Assembly: GCA_033763315.1 (NCBI GenBank)
Contig: JANRKS010000029.1
Location: forward strand, 1 to 64,000
Direction of reading: 5' to 3'
DNA: 64,000 nt
Origin: Deltaproteobacteria bacterium
Lineage (GTDB): Bacteria; Myxococcota_A; Polyangia; Fen-1088
The notes below the pieces were generated by a model. It was not told the origin of the DNA, searched no databases, and was given only the letters and a program-made list of their open reading frames with translations. The translations under genes and the position numbers were made by a program. This document shows positions 49,689 through 59,176 of this stretch, in pieces. Every line of letters begins with the position of its first letter. Position 1 is the first letter of the stretch.

Positions 49689-50867
49689 ATGGCTTTGCCC
49701 AGCGAACTTCGCTTGCTTCTCGTCGATGACGACGCCGCCATTGTGCGCGCATACAAACGGCTGTTTGAAAGCCAAGGCGCCACGGTTACCACCGCAGACA
49801 CGGGACGCGTAGCGATCGAGCGAGTGCAAGCGGCCAGCTTTGACGTGGTGCTAAGCGATATTTCGATGCCTGAAATGTCTGGCATCGAGTTCCTCAAGCA
49901 GGTGCGGTCCCATGATCTTGATGTTCCTGTGATCCTAATGACCGGGGCGCCCGGCTTGGATTCCGCCATCCGCGCGGTCGAATATGGTGCCTTTCGCTAT
50001 CTGGGAAAACCTGTGGATCCCGACGAGCTTTTGCAGGTGGTCGTGCGCGCCGGGCGGCTGCATCAGTTGGCGAAGCTAAAGCGGCAGGCCTTGTCGTTGG
50101 CGGGCACCGACCACGAGGCTGTTGGCGATCGGGCGACGCTGGAGGTGCGTTTCAATTCGGCGATGCGGTTGTCGTGGATGGCCTGCCAACCGATCGTTTC
50201 GCTGCGCGAGGGGCGCGTGTGGGGCTACGAGGCACTGCTGCGTTCAGATGAGCCGCTGCTGCAGCATCCCGCTGAGATACTCGATGCCGCTGAACGCCTG
50301 GGGCGGTTGCGAGAGGTTGGTCGTGCGGTCCGGCACATGGTCGCCGCGGCGGCAATGAGCCCCGATTGCGCCAGTGCCCGCATCTTCGTGAACCTGCACG
50401 CGAGCGATCTGAACGATCCGGATCTTTACGCAGCGGAGGCGCCGTTAACGAAGATCGCCTCACGCGTTGTCTTAGAGATCACCGAACGCGCGTCTCTTGA
50501 TGGCGTCAAGGATCTGGCCAGCGGCATCAACAGGCTCAAGGCCTTGGGTTTCGAGATTGCCATCGATGATTTAGGCGCAGGCTACGCGGGGCTCACAAGC
50601 TTCACCCAACTCAACCCGCATGTGGCAAAGCTTGATATGTCGCTCGTGCGGGGCGTTGACACTGACCTACGCCGGCAGTCGATCGTTCGATCGATGAAGG
50701 GGCTGTGCGATGAGCTTGACATCGCGGTGATCGCCGAAGGAATCGAAACGGGCGCGGAGCGTGACAAGCTTGCCGAGCTTGGCTGCGATCTGCTGCAGGG
50801 TTTTTTGTTCGCAAAGCCGGAACGAGGTTTCGGCCAAGTGAGCGATTGGTCGGGAACCACATCTTGA
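49689..50867 (+). CDS. Response regulator with an EAL c-di-GMP phosphodiesterase domain
   Basis: REC (VDDD, SDISMP, KP); EALLR, FVNL, LEITE, DDLGAGY, KLD, AEGIE, QGFLF. Confidence 0.93.
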   Translation: MALPSELRLLLVDDDAAIVRAYKRLFESQGATVTTADTGRVAIERVQAASFDVVLSDISMPEMSGIEFLKQVRSHDLDVPVILMTGAPGLDSAIRAVEYGAFRYLGKPVDPDELLQVVVRAGRLHQLAKLKRQALSLAGTDHEAVGDRATLEVRFNSAMRLSWMACQPIVSLREGRVWGYEALLRSDEPLLQHPAEILDAAERLGRLREVGRAVRHMVAAAAMSPDCASARIFVNLHASDLNDPDLYAAEAPLTKIASRVVLEITERASLDGVKDLASGINRLKALGFEIAIDDLGAGYAGLTSFTQLNPHVAKLDMSLVRGVDTDLRRQSIVRSMKGLCDELDIAVIAEGIETGAERDKLAELGCDLLQGFLFAKPERGFGQVSDWSGTTS

Positions 50868-50958
50868 GGTTGCAGCCACGGTGCTAGCGCCTCGTGACCC
50901 GGCTCACGGTCACTGAATTTCTTCCGCGGTGGCGTCGTCCATGGGCAGGACACGTCAC

Positions 50959-51852
50959 ATGAATGGTTTAAGAACTCGTAACGCGCTGACCTTTCTGATT
51001 GGTGGCATCACGGCGGCCTGCTTCGCGGGCTGCTCGGTCACGCCCCCCGTCACCAAGATACACTTCGCGCTCCATCCACCTGCTGGGGCGGAAGTGGAGA
51101 CCACTTCGGCCTATCAACTGGTGCGGTGGAACGTTGGCGACCAGCGGTTGGCCTTATCACCACGTGGCTCGCTGGACGACATGCTGGATCTGTGGCTATC
51201 GATTGAGAACCAAGGCGAAGACGCTGTTGATTTCTTCCCTTCGCACATCGAATACTCCTACTGCAGGCCCGCAGGGACCACGGCAAAACCGGTCTCGCCC
51301 GAGTCAAATGATCCCATATGCACGCCGTTCGCGTCTGTTCCCACGCGGGAACAGGCGGCGGCGCACTTGGCGGCCCGGGAACAAAAGCGGCAAGAAGCCG
51401 ACAACGCGGACGAAGCAGCGATGGCGGCGGTGGTGATTCTGTTTGTATTCGCCATCATCGTCGTCGCGGCGGCCGCATCGTCGGACGGTGGCAAATCCTC
51501 TTCAGGCGGTTCGAGCCGCACGGTTGGTCATCACGGGCGGAGCCACTGCTTTGTTCCCTTGCGCATGTTCGCCAATGCAGCCACTCAAGTGAACTACGCC
51601 CCTTCGTATCACGATGCACCTGCCACGGTGCCACCGGAAGCGTTCCTGGGCGGCAACCTGCAGTACACAATGGCAGAGTCCGTCATCCGTGCAGGTGAAC
51701 GTCACGCCGGCCACATCTTCATTCCGCCATACAAGAATGCTTCCTTGTTGCGACTTCGCATCGGAATCGGCAGCAATACAACGACCGTGCAGTTCGATTA
51801 TCACCCGCAAAAGGATCGCCCATCGGTCCAGCAGGGGCGCGCCGGAATGTAG
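50959..51852 (+). CDS. Hypothetical lipoprotein/membrane protein
   Basis: FAGC lipobox; internal hydrophobic segment. Confidence 0.55.
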   Translation: MNGLRTRNALTFLIGGITAACFAGCSVTPPVTKIHFALHPPAGAEVETTSAYQLVRWNVGDQRLALSPRGSLDDMLDLWLSIENQGEDAVDFFPSHIEYSYCRPAGTTAKPVSPESNDPICTPFASVPTREQAAAHLAAREQKRQEADNADEAAMAAVVILFVFAIIVVAAAASSDGGKSSSGGSSRTVGHHGRSHCFVPLRMFANAATQVNYAPSYHDAPATVPPEAFLGGNLQYTMAESVIRAGERHAGHIFIPPYKNASLLRLRIGIGSNTTTVQFDYHPQKDRPSVQQGRAGM

Positions 51853-51899
51853 GGACGAAAACAGCGGCAGCACCTCAACGTTCGCGCTATGGCCCCGGC

Positions 51900-52475
51900 G
51901 TGCGAACTTTACTGAGCGCGAGCGCTGTGGTGGCCGCCTTTGGAAGCGCGATTCCGCTTGCAGGGGCGGACGTCGATACAGCCGTGCGCAAGTGGGCTGT
52001 GCGCAGCGATGCGATGGTGGTCAACCAACGTGGCACTTCAAGCGATGGCGTTTTCGCTGCAGGCATCACGTTTCAACGGCGGCTGTGGCAGCGCTATGAA
52101 TGGGAAGAGACGCTTGCCTTTGGGGTGGGGAACCGCCAAGCCGATGGTGGCGGACTTGGCTTGGTGCTGGCAGGCACGGGCCGCGGTGCCGTGTGGATCT
52201 CCCAGGACCAGAAGCACACAGTTGCTCTTGGCCTTGGCACCGCCTTGGCCGTGGGTGGTGGGTATCGCGCGTTGAACTTCGCGTTCGGCGAACTGGCATA
52301 CCAACTGCGAAGCGAAACTGGATGGTGTGTGCTGATCGCTCTTGGGCCCAGCTTGCTCATGAATAAACCAAGCGGAGATGTGTGCGCCAAGAGCCCCTGG
52401 TTCTGCCGCTCGTTTGAGCAAAGGCGATTCGATCCTTGGGGGCACGCACGCCTAGGCGTGGGCTTGCTTTTCTAA
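51900..52475 (+). CDS. Hypothetical outer-membrane beta-barrel-like protein
   Basis: Signal peptide; alternating beta strands; terminal aromatic residue (GVGLLF). Confidence 0.55.
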   Translation: MRTLLSASAVVAAFGSAIPLAGADVDTAVRKWAVRSDAMVVNQRGTSSDGVFAAGITFQRRLWQRYEWEETLAFGVGNRQADGGGLGLVLAGTGRGAVWISQDQKHTVALGLGTALAVGGGYRALNFAFGELAYQLRSETGWCVLIALGPSLLMNKPSGDVCAKSPWFCRSFEQRRFDPWGHARLGVGLLF

Positions 52476-52519
52476 CGCGCCCGCCCCTCGACGGTGCCGC
52501 GTGCTCAATTACGCAGTCT

Positions 52520-53317
52520 TTACGCCTTGTGCGCTTTTTCTCTGATCTGCCGTGGTGAAAGCTGCGTGCCCTTGCGCACGAATTTGTTGAACTGCTGCAG
52601 ATCCGGCAGCCCCACTTCCGTAGCGATGGCTTTGATCGGCAACTTGGACTTACGCAGCAGGTGCTGCGCCTTTTCCAAACGCCGCTTGGCGATGTGCGCT
52701 GCCACGCCGTGTCCGAACGTTTGATCGAACAGGCGTGTGAGGTGGTTCGCAGATATGCCCACGCGCTTGGCTATCTCCGCCACGCGCGGCGAGGCGCGCA
52801 GCTCATTCTCAATGATCGCCACAGCGGTTTGTACGGCAAAAGGCAAGGCGGTGTCAGAAGGTTTGTCTCGCTTTTGCCCCGCGGCCAAGCCCAACAGCAA
52901 ATCCCATAGCCGCACTTCGGCGCGCAAAGGATAAGACGTGAACAGCTTGATGATGCTTTCCATCTCGTCGCACAGGGGCGCGAACGCGGTTCCGGCTTGC
53001 TGCATGATCGGCAGCGGCATCGTGGTCCCCACGTTGCGCAAGGAGAAGTGCGCGTAATAGTGCACACATTGTTCCGTGTCGTAACGCCACACGAGCGGCG
53101 TGTTGGGTGGCTCCACGCTCACGCAGCCGGGCGAGATGGCGAACGATTTGCCACCGATCTGCAAAGCTCCCGCCCAACGATAAAGATGCAAACTCCAGGT
53201 GCGGTCCATAACGTACCGTTCGTGCCGGCGCGCTCCATGAACGTTAAGCCCCACTTGCTTAAGCTTCGGCTTGGACGATAGCGGCACCGCTAGGTGATCT
53301 TGGGGCCAGGGGCTCAT
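52520..53317 (-). CDS. AraC-family transcriptional regulator
   Basis: N-terminal cupin-like sensor; C-terminal IAKRVGISANHLTRLF...RLEKAQHLL...IKAIATEVG...FNK...SPR. Confidence 0.92.
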   Translation of the reverse strand: MSPWPQDHLAVPLSSKPKLKQVGLNVHGARRHERYVMDRTWSLHLYRWAGALQIGGKSFAISPGCVSVEPPNTPLVWRYDTEQCVHYYAHFSLRNVGTTMPLPIMQQAGTAFAPLCDEMESIIKLFTSYPLRAEVRLWDLLLGLAAGQKRDKPSDTALPFAVQTAVAIIENELRASPRVAEIAKRVGISANHLTRLFDQTFGHGVAAHIAKRRLEKAQHLLRKSKLPIKAIATEVGLPDLQQFNKFVRKGTQLSPRQIREKAHKA

Positions 53318-53359
53318 GGTGAAAATATACCACCGACGCGGCTCGGCAGGCGGCACCTC

Positions 53360-55321
53360 CTAACGAGGCTCAATCGTGCGGAGGGCGTCACGCACGGCCG
53401 CCGCTTCACGTGTGTGAGTGGGGAGCTGTTCAACGGCGGCTTGCAACAGATCGCGCGCTTCGTCCGTTCGCCCGAGCTTGAGCAACGCGCGGCCGCGCAC
53501 AGCGCTGCAAAACGGGTGTTGAGGCGCGACCTGCAGGCAGCCATCGCACAGCCGCAAGGCTTCGGTGGGATTGGCGGCCAGAAGGGCTCGCGCTTTCAAA
53601 TAGGCAAACCGCGGATCCGCTGGCGCCCGCGCATACAGCTGGTTGCTGACCGTTTCTTCGGTGGTGTGGTCTCCTTCGACGTTGGCGAGCTCCACGGCAA
53701 GAATCAACGTTGATGGGTTGTGAGGCTCGTGCTGTTGCGCCTGCCGCAAGGCCTCGCGTGCCTCCCGCGTGTTGCCCCGCAACAAAGCGAGCGCGCCACG
53801 TAAGGCGTGCGCGCGCCCGAAGTTGGGGTTGTGGCGAAGTTCCATAACCACTTCGGCGTGGGCTTCGTCAATTTTGCCAACCGATTCAAGCGCCATCGCC
53901 AGGTAGTAATGCACGCGCCACGCTGAAGGTTCGAGCTCCAGCCCTTGGCGCAAAAGTTTTGCCGCCTCCTCACCGCGGCCTTGTTTGATGCGAATGAGTC
54001 CTAAGTTGCGGTAGGCCTGAGGCGCGTTTGGCTCCACCACAATGGCCTTGCTCCACAACGTCAAATCACTGGCCCACGCCGCTTGTTCGATGGCGCTGCC
54101 TGCCACGTAAAGCAATCCCAGAGCCAAGCCCACCACCCAGGTCCACCGCCCGGCACGTGTGCGCGCCATGGCGTGAACCAAAGCTGTGGCGGCACATGCC
54201 AATCCGAAAGACGACAACAGCGCGTAACGATCGGCCATGTCCGCTGCCAACGGCACCAAACCCAACACCGGACCCAAGCCAAGCCCAAACCACAGCATGC
54301 CGAACCGCAACGGTCCTGCGGCTTTCCATACGATGACAACCAGTAGCGCGACGGCTGCCACCCAACTGACAACGATGAGGCCCACGCTTGGGGTGGCTAC
54401 AACATAAGAAGGCACGTGCCCAAGCGGCGCGATGCACACACGCAGGTAGTTGGCCATCAGCCATGGCAGACGCGCCAGTGCCACCGTCACTGAATGCAAG
54501 GTGGTTGGCGCGTGTCCCACCGCTGACAAGACGAACGTGCGCAGGGCAAGAAAGCCAACGACGGCAAAAGCCTGTACGCCTACATCGATCGCTACTCTGA
54601 GCTTCGATAGCTGTGGTGTTTTCCAAAGCTCCACCGCAAAGGCGCACAAGAGGGCCGGCGTCACCACCGCGGACTCTTTGACCAGCAGTGAACTGCTTGA
54701 GAGCAAGCACGCAAGGATTGTGCGTGTCAGCCAAACCGTGTGCGGCGACGGCGCGAGCCACCCAACAACGATGACATCGATCGCGGCCAGCTGCAGGGCC
54801 AGCGACAACATGTCGCCCAAGGCGCTGGAGTAAACGAGTGCCTCGACGTGGACGGGCGCCAGTGCAAACAACGCTCCGATCGCCAGCGCCACGCGCGGCC
54901 CCACCGCCAGCCTCTGCAGCCATCGAAACAAAAACACCAAAGACACGATCCATAAGGCCCAGTTGATCAGGCGAAAGGCCCAGGCATGCGCACCGAAGGT
55001 GACGACGACCGCGCGGAAGGCCAACGTCCTCAAGGGCCGGTACGACTGCCATTGCAGCTCAACGTCGGAAGCGACAGTGGCGCGGTTGGTGAAGTAGCTG
55101 GCCAACGGTGCTCCGTGCGTCACCGCGCTGTTCTCCGTGATGTACACGGCATCGTCCAAAACAAACTCGTGATTGACGGCAGGCCACAGCACCACCGCTT
55201 GCAAGATGCCGACGACAACAGCGAACACCCAAGGCCGTGCCCATGGGCTCACCAGCCTCCAAGGCGATGAGGTCAGGACAAGGCCTCGTGACGAAGCGGA
55301 CGCGACCGGTGCTGCCATCAT
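53360..55321 (-). CDS. TMTC-like membrane glycosyltransferase with TPR repeats
   Basis: FVLDD, YRPL, PVHVEAL, KES, ADRY..L, then W..D..LW and TPR repeats. Confidence 0.8.
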   Translation of the reverse strand: MMAAPVASASSRGLVLTSSPWRLVSPWARPWVFAVVVGILQAVVLWPAVNHEFVLDDAVYITENSAVTHGAPLASYFTNRATVASDVELQWQSYRPLRTLAFRAVVVTFGAHAWAFRLINWALWIVSLVFLFRWLQRLAVGPRVALAIGALFALAPVHVEALVYSSALGDMLSLALQLAAIDVIVVGWLAPSPHTVWLTRTILACLLSSSSLLVKESAVVTPALLCAFAVELWKTPQLSKLRVAIDVGVQAFAVVGFLALRTFVLSAVGHAPTTLHSVTVALARLPWLMANYLRVCIAPLGHVPSYVVATPSVGLIVVSWVAAVALLVVIVWKAAGPLRFGMLWFGLGLGPVLGLVPLAADMADRYALLSSFGLACAATALVHAMARTRAGRWTWVVGLALGLLYVAGSAIEQAAWASDLTLWSKAIVVEPNAPQAYRNLGLIRIKQGRGEEAAKLLRQGLELEPSAWRVHYYLAMALESVGKIDEAHAEVVMELRHNPNFGRAHALRGALALLRGNTREAREALRQAQQHEPHNPSTLILAVELANVEGDHTTEETVSNQLYARAPADPRFAYLKARALLAANPTEALRLCDGCLQVAPQHPFCSAVRGRALLKLGRTDEARDLLQAAVEQLPTHTREAAAVRDALRTIEPR

Positions 55322-55436
55322 GTTTGCACCGCAGTGTAAGTCCGCGTGCCAGCGTTGGAAATAAACGTTCCGTGTGAGTGCACGGCCCCGGCCGGCATCG
55401 AAGGGGCCCTTCCCTGGTGAACGACCGGCGCGCGCG

Positions 55437-55454
55437 ATGGTGGAAAAATACCAC
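55437..55454. promoter_or_regulatory. Candidate AraC-regulator site upstream of phyH; near-copy at 53316-53333
   Basis: ATGGTGGAAAAATACCAC versus ATGGTGAAAATATACCAC, 16/18 identical. Confidence 0.5.
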
Positions 55455-55562
55455 TAGAGGGTGGCTGGCCACAATTGGCGGGGACAAACGCGGCGCCTAT
55501 CTTGAATTGGTCGGTGGCTCAACCACCTGTCTCTCACGCGGCCCCTCACAAAGGATTCTTCC

Positions 55563-56471
55563 ATGAGCCAGCACATCGAACGCATTTTCCAAAGCGAAGT
55601 TCACGATGGCCAATCGCGCCGCAAAGGCGAAACCTATCGAGTGACGGACGAAGAGAAAACGTTCTTTCTGAAAAACGGCTACCTGGTGCTGCGTGGCGTG
55701 GTGACCGAACAGGAACTTCGGGCGTTAGACGACGTGTTCGATACGTTCGCGCGCGGCAAGGTGCCAGGGATGGACAAAGACTTCTGTGACATGAGCGGCG
55801 CCTTGGACCGCAAGCCTGAAGACTTTACGCTGATCAATGCGATGCTGCCGCGCGTTTATCTGCCGGCGTTTGCCAACAACGTCTTTGAGCAGCGCGCTCA
55901 GAGCATTGCCAGGACGCTTTTGGGCGACGATATGACTTTGGATTACGATCAGTTCTTAGCGAAGAAGCCCGCCAAGAGTTCCGCTGTGTTCGCGTGGCAC
56001 CAAGACATGGGTTACTGGCCCAGGCGCTCGCCTGACACGAAGACGGTCACGTGCTCGTTGGCTTTGGATGACGCCGATCTTGAAAACGGCTGCCTCCGTG
56101 TGATTCCTGGCAGCCAGGCGCCGGGCTTGCGTGCGCATCGACCGTTGGCCCAGGATCTGGCGCAGGTGGGAGAGACCAAGAACACCACGCGCGAAGACGC
56201 CCACGCACAGGTGCTTGATCTGAAGCCCGAAGAAGAGATCTTGTACCTGCCTGTAAAGCGTGGCGACATTACGTTGCACAACGAGTGGATCGTGCACGGC
56301 TCGGGCGGCAACAACTCGGTTGACCGTTGGCGGCGCACGTACGTCATTGCGTTCCGATCGGCCCAAACGGTGGCGCACGAGCGTCGGCTGGGGTTCACCC
56401 ATTCACACAACGACAAGGTCAACTGGGACAACTTCGACCAGTTGGAGCAAGGTCTCTCGAGCAATCCATGA
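55563..56471 (+). CDS. PhyH-family Fe(II)/2-oxoglutarate dioxygenase
   Basis: F.KNGYLV, WHQDMGYW (HxD), ALDDA..ENGCL..IPGS, HGSGGN...RR; AAGGA RBS. Confidence 0.9.
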   Translation: MSQHIERIFQSEVHDGQSRRKGETYRVTDEEKTFFLKNGYLVLRGVVTEQELRALDDVFDTFARGKVPGMDKDFCDMSGALDRKPEDFTLINAMLPRVYLPAFANNVFEQRAQSIARTLLGDDMTLDYDQFLAKKPAKSSAVFAWHQDMGYWPRRSPDTKTVTCSLALDDADLENGCLRVIPGSQAPGLRAHRPLAQDLAQVGETKNTTREDAHAQVLDLKPEEEILYLPVKRGDITLHNEWIVHGSGGNNSVDRWRRTYVIAFRSAQTVAHERRLGFTHSHNDKVNWDNFDQLEQGLSSNP

Positions 56472-56500
56472 CATTTCGAACGTGGGCCTGCGTTGCCGGG

Positions 56501-57682
56501 CTAGCACTTTGCGCTGCCCACGTTCGCGTTGCAGCTGCCGTCGCTTTGTCGAAGTCGCCACTGGCAAAGCGTCTCTAACTGTGAGCGCAAGCTTATGACC
56601 TCGGCCGCCAAGGCGGCCTGAGATGGCTCATGCATCTCAAGCGACTTCAACACGGCTTCTGGCGCGTGCCAGTCCCGCAACAGCGTTGCTGGCATCGCCA
56701 ACAGCAGCATCGCCACGGCCTCATCGCCAACAGAAGGCGCCGCTTGCCGTACCAAAGCAAAGGCTTGTGAGTCGTGCAACTGTGCTCGCATGGCTTGCAC
56801 CGCTGCGAGGTGTTCGGCGGGCAAAGTGGCCAGGCCGGTCAGCGCGCGTGTGAGCCACGGGGCTGCCGCCGGACGCATGCGCTCGCTGAACGCCTGCGCG
56901 AAGCCCGAGGCGGTTGCGTGCACGGGGAACTCTGCTCCGTCGAACACCGATGCTGACAGCGCCTGCGCGTCTTCGTTGCTGACGATGCGGAACAACAAAG
57001 CCGAAGCTTGCTCATTGCGTTTTAGGGTGAGCCACCCCCGTGGGAGCCCGCTGGCTGGGTCGATCGGTTGCATCGCCTCGTGAAGCAATGGCAGCGGTAT
57101 CCAGTGGGGTGGATATTTGAAGCGAGCCACGTCCAAAACCAGCACAAGATCGCGGCCCCGATGGTAGCCCGCCACAGGCGAAAAATGACCATCGCCCGTT
57201 TGCCCCAACACGCGGCGCGTGTATGCAGCGATGACGATCGGACCATGCGGTGAAGACGCCGCGCGCACAATCGTTTCTCGTAACGCCGCTTCGTTGTTGT
57301 TGGCATCCGCGTGTTGTGATCGCGCCTCGGCGCCGTTGCAACGGGCAAGGCACGCAAGCTCTTCAAGAGTCACGCCCTTGCTACGCACCTCCTCAAGCGG
57401 CAAACAACAATCCAGCAGCTCTTCCGAATACCACCGCCACGGTCCCTTCCAGATGCGGCCAGGATCGATCTGCAATGCGTTGAGCGCCACCACCAGCGAG
57501 CCGAGGCCACAGAAGGCCGGGTCTGACTGGGTGTGGAATTGTTCAGCCAACGAGAACCACCCCTGCATTCCCCCTTCCGTGAGCGCTTCTTGAAACAGTT
57601 GCCGGCCTTCCGCAGACGCAAAGGGGATGAGCCCGTCGGGCAACGGACGGCGATAAAAGGTGGATGACGTTGTGCTGATCAT
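56501..57682 (-). CDS. Phytochelatin synthase (eukaryote-like, with C-terminal extension)
   Basis: FYRRPLP, QFHTQSDPAFCGL, DPGRIWKGPWRW, LDCC, GQTGDGHFSP, LDVARFKYPPHW; Cys-His-Asp triad intact. Confidence 0.92.
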   Translation of the reverse strand: MISTTSSTFYRRPLPDGLIPFASAEGRQLFQEALTEGGMQGWFSLAEQFHTQSDPAFCGLGSLVVALNALQIDPGRIWKGPWRWYSEELLDCCLPLEEVRSKGVTLEELACLARCNGAEARSQHADANNNEAALRETIVRAASSPHGPIVIAAYTRRVLGQTGDGHFSPVAGYHRGRDLVLVLDVARFKYPPHWIPLPLLHEAMQPIDPASGLPRGWLTLKRNEQASALLFRIVSNEDAQALSASVFDGAEFPVHATASGFAQAFSERMRPAAAPWLTRALTGLATLPAEHLAAVQAMRAQLHDSQAFALVRQAAPSVGDEAVAMLLLAMPATLLRDWHAPEAVLKSLEMHEPSQAALAAEVISLRSQLETLCQWRLRQSDGSCNANVGSAKC

Positions 57683-57729
57683 GACCCTGCAGAGGATGAT
57701 GCCACGATCAGCACCGTGACGGCGCGGCT

Positions 57730-58155
57730 TTAAAGGTGCGCGACGCCGATGGCCGCGTTCACGGTTTCGTTGTCAGCAGCGGCGCGGACATCGGGTGGAA
57801 AGTCGGCCATATCAAAGACTTGCCGCACCTCCACTATGTCGCCGGACGCCGCTGGTACGCGCCGCGCCCACTCGATCGCCTCTTCGCGTGACTTCGCCTG
57901 GATGATCCAATAGCCGCCAAGCATCTCTTTGCTTTCGGCGAAGGGGCCATCCTGCACCCGCGGGCGGGCTCCATCAAAATGAACGCGCGCGGCCTTCTCG
58001 GGTGGGTGCAGGCCGTCAAGTGAAATCAAAACGCCTGCCTTCGCCAATTGCTCGTTGTATTTCGTCATCTTTTCAACCGCATCCACGGGCGGGGTGAAGT
58101 TCGGATCGGTGGGGCCTGCGTAGACTTTGGGGATCATCAACATCATAAAGCGCAT
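57730..58155 (-). CDS. YciI/DGPF-family protein
   Basis: MRFMML, LAKAGVL...GLHP, DGPFAESKEMLGGYW, EVRQV; AAGGAG RBS. Confidence 0.9.
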   Translation of the reverse strand: MRFMMLMIPKVYAGPTDPNFTPPVDAVEKMTKYNEQLAKAGVLISLDGLHPPEKAARVHFDGARPRVQDGPFAESKEMLGGYWIIQAKSREEAIEWARRVPAASGDIVEVRQVFDMADFPPDVRAAADNETVNAAIGVAHL

Positions 58156-58200
58156 GGTTTCGCTCCTTGCTGGTGTGTGTCGGCGTGTCTCATAAAGAAC

Positions 58201-58227
58201 GTCGGTCGAAGTAACTTCAGATCGACA
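58201..58227 (-). promoter_or_regulatory. ECF42-type promoter (TGTCGA-N17-CGAC)
   Basis: Minus strand TGTCGA (58227-58222), 17 nt, CGAC (58204-58201), about 45 nt upstream of a DGPF gene. Confidence 0.55.
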
Positions 58228-58349
58228 ACCAGGGCGTCTTTTTTTGTTTCTCCCCGAAGCAGCAGTGATCCCTGCGCTTTCTGCACGGCTGTGCGTCGCT
58301 ATACTGGCGCCGCGTCGCTTGGGGCTTTCCACGCGATGGAGGTATCACC

Positions 58350-58598
58350 ATGAATATTAAGACGACTTTGCAAAAATCATTGGCGCTGGCGGCGTCCGGC
58401 GATTGGCAAGGTGCGCATGCGCTCATTGATGCGCTCGAGCATCCGGTGGCTTGTTGGCTGCACGCTTCCTTGCACAGAGAAGAAGGTGACGCGGCCAACG
58501 CGGGCTATTGGTACAGCCGCGCGGGCCGCCCTTATTCGAATGCCAGCTTCACACAAGAGCGCGCGACGATTGCGACTGAGGTTGACGCCATGAAATAG
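58350..58598 (+). CDS. Small conserved hypothetical protein
   Basis: 82 aa; W..AH, WLHA.LHREEGD..NA.YWY.RAG pattern; GGAGG RBS. Confidence 0.8.
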   Translation: MNIKTTLQKSLALAASGDWQGAHALIDALEHPVACWLHASLHREEGDAANAGYWYSRAGRPYSNASFTQERATIATEVDAMK

Positions 58599-58608
58599 TG
58601 GGCACCGC

Positions 58609-59019
58609 TTAGCCCTTGGTGGCGGCGTCTTGGCTGCCGTCGCTTGGCGTCGGCAAAGCGCCTTGCGTGGATGAGGCGTCATCCGTTTGGGCCTCGTATT
58701 TCGCGATGAATTGGAAAACCGTGGCGCCAATCTTCACGCGGCTGCCATCAGCCAGGGCCATTTGTTCGATCTTAATGTCATCAACGAACGTGCCATTGGT
58801 TGAATCGAGGTCCTTGACCATCACGATGACGGAGCCAAGCGTGATCTTCGCGTGAATGCGCGAAACAGGCTCTTGATTCAAAACCACTTCACACGCGTCC
58901 GAGCGGCCGATGAGGATTTCACGACCGCGAAGAACGTACACGTGCCCCGCCGGCTCGCCCGCCACCACCTTGAGCGCGGGCACCGGGATCTGTGTGTTGC
59001 TCTGCTGGCCATCACCCAT
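58609..59019 (-). CDS. Stand-alone FHA-domain protein
   Basis: IGR, VSRIHA, DLDSTNGT, VKIG; GAGGGAG RBS. Confidence 0.88.
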   Translation of the reverse strand: MGDGQQSNTQIPVPALKVVAGEPAGHVYVLRGREILIGRSDACEVVLNQEPVSRIHAKITLGSVIVMVKDLDSTNGTFVDDIKIEQMALADGSRVKIGATVFQFIAKYEAQTDDASSTQGALPTPSDGSQDAATKG

Positions 59020-59176
59020 AGAAGCTCTCCCTCGGTGTTCCGCCCAACTCTGAACGTCGCGGAACGCCCTAAGCGGAGACGCGATTGTGACGCGCGTATG
59101 GCCAGCGTGTCTAGTTTTCAGCGCGGTGCGAACGTCGCTTGTTGCCGCGATCCCTGACGGGAACGTGCCGATGCTC

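Noticed and set aside
54066-55052. Alternative-frame ORFs of 250-330 aa (also 24005-24862, 62256-63101, 10774-11583)
   Set aside because: They are Arg/Gly/Ala-rich shadow frames within well-supported genes, with no motifs.
55335-55355. TGGCAC sigma-54-like elements here and near 17210 and 43005
   Set aside because: None has the required GG-N10-GC spacing.
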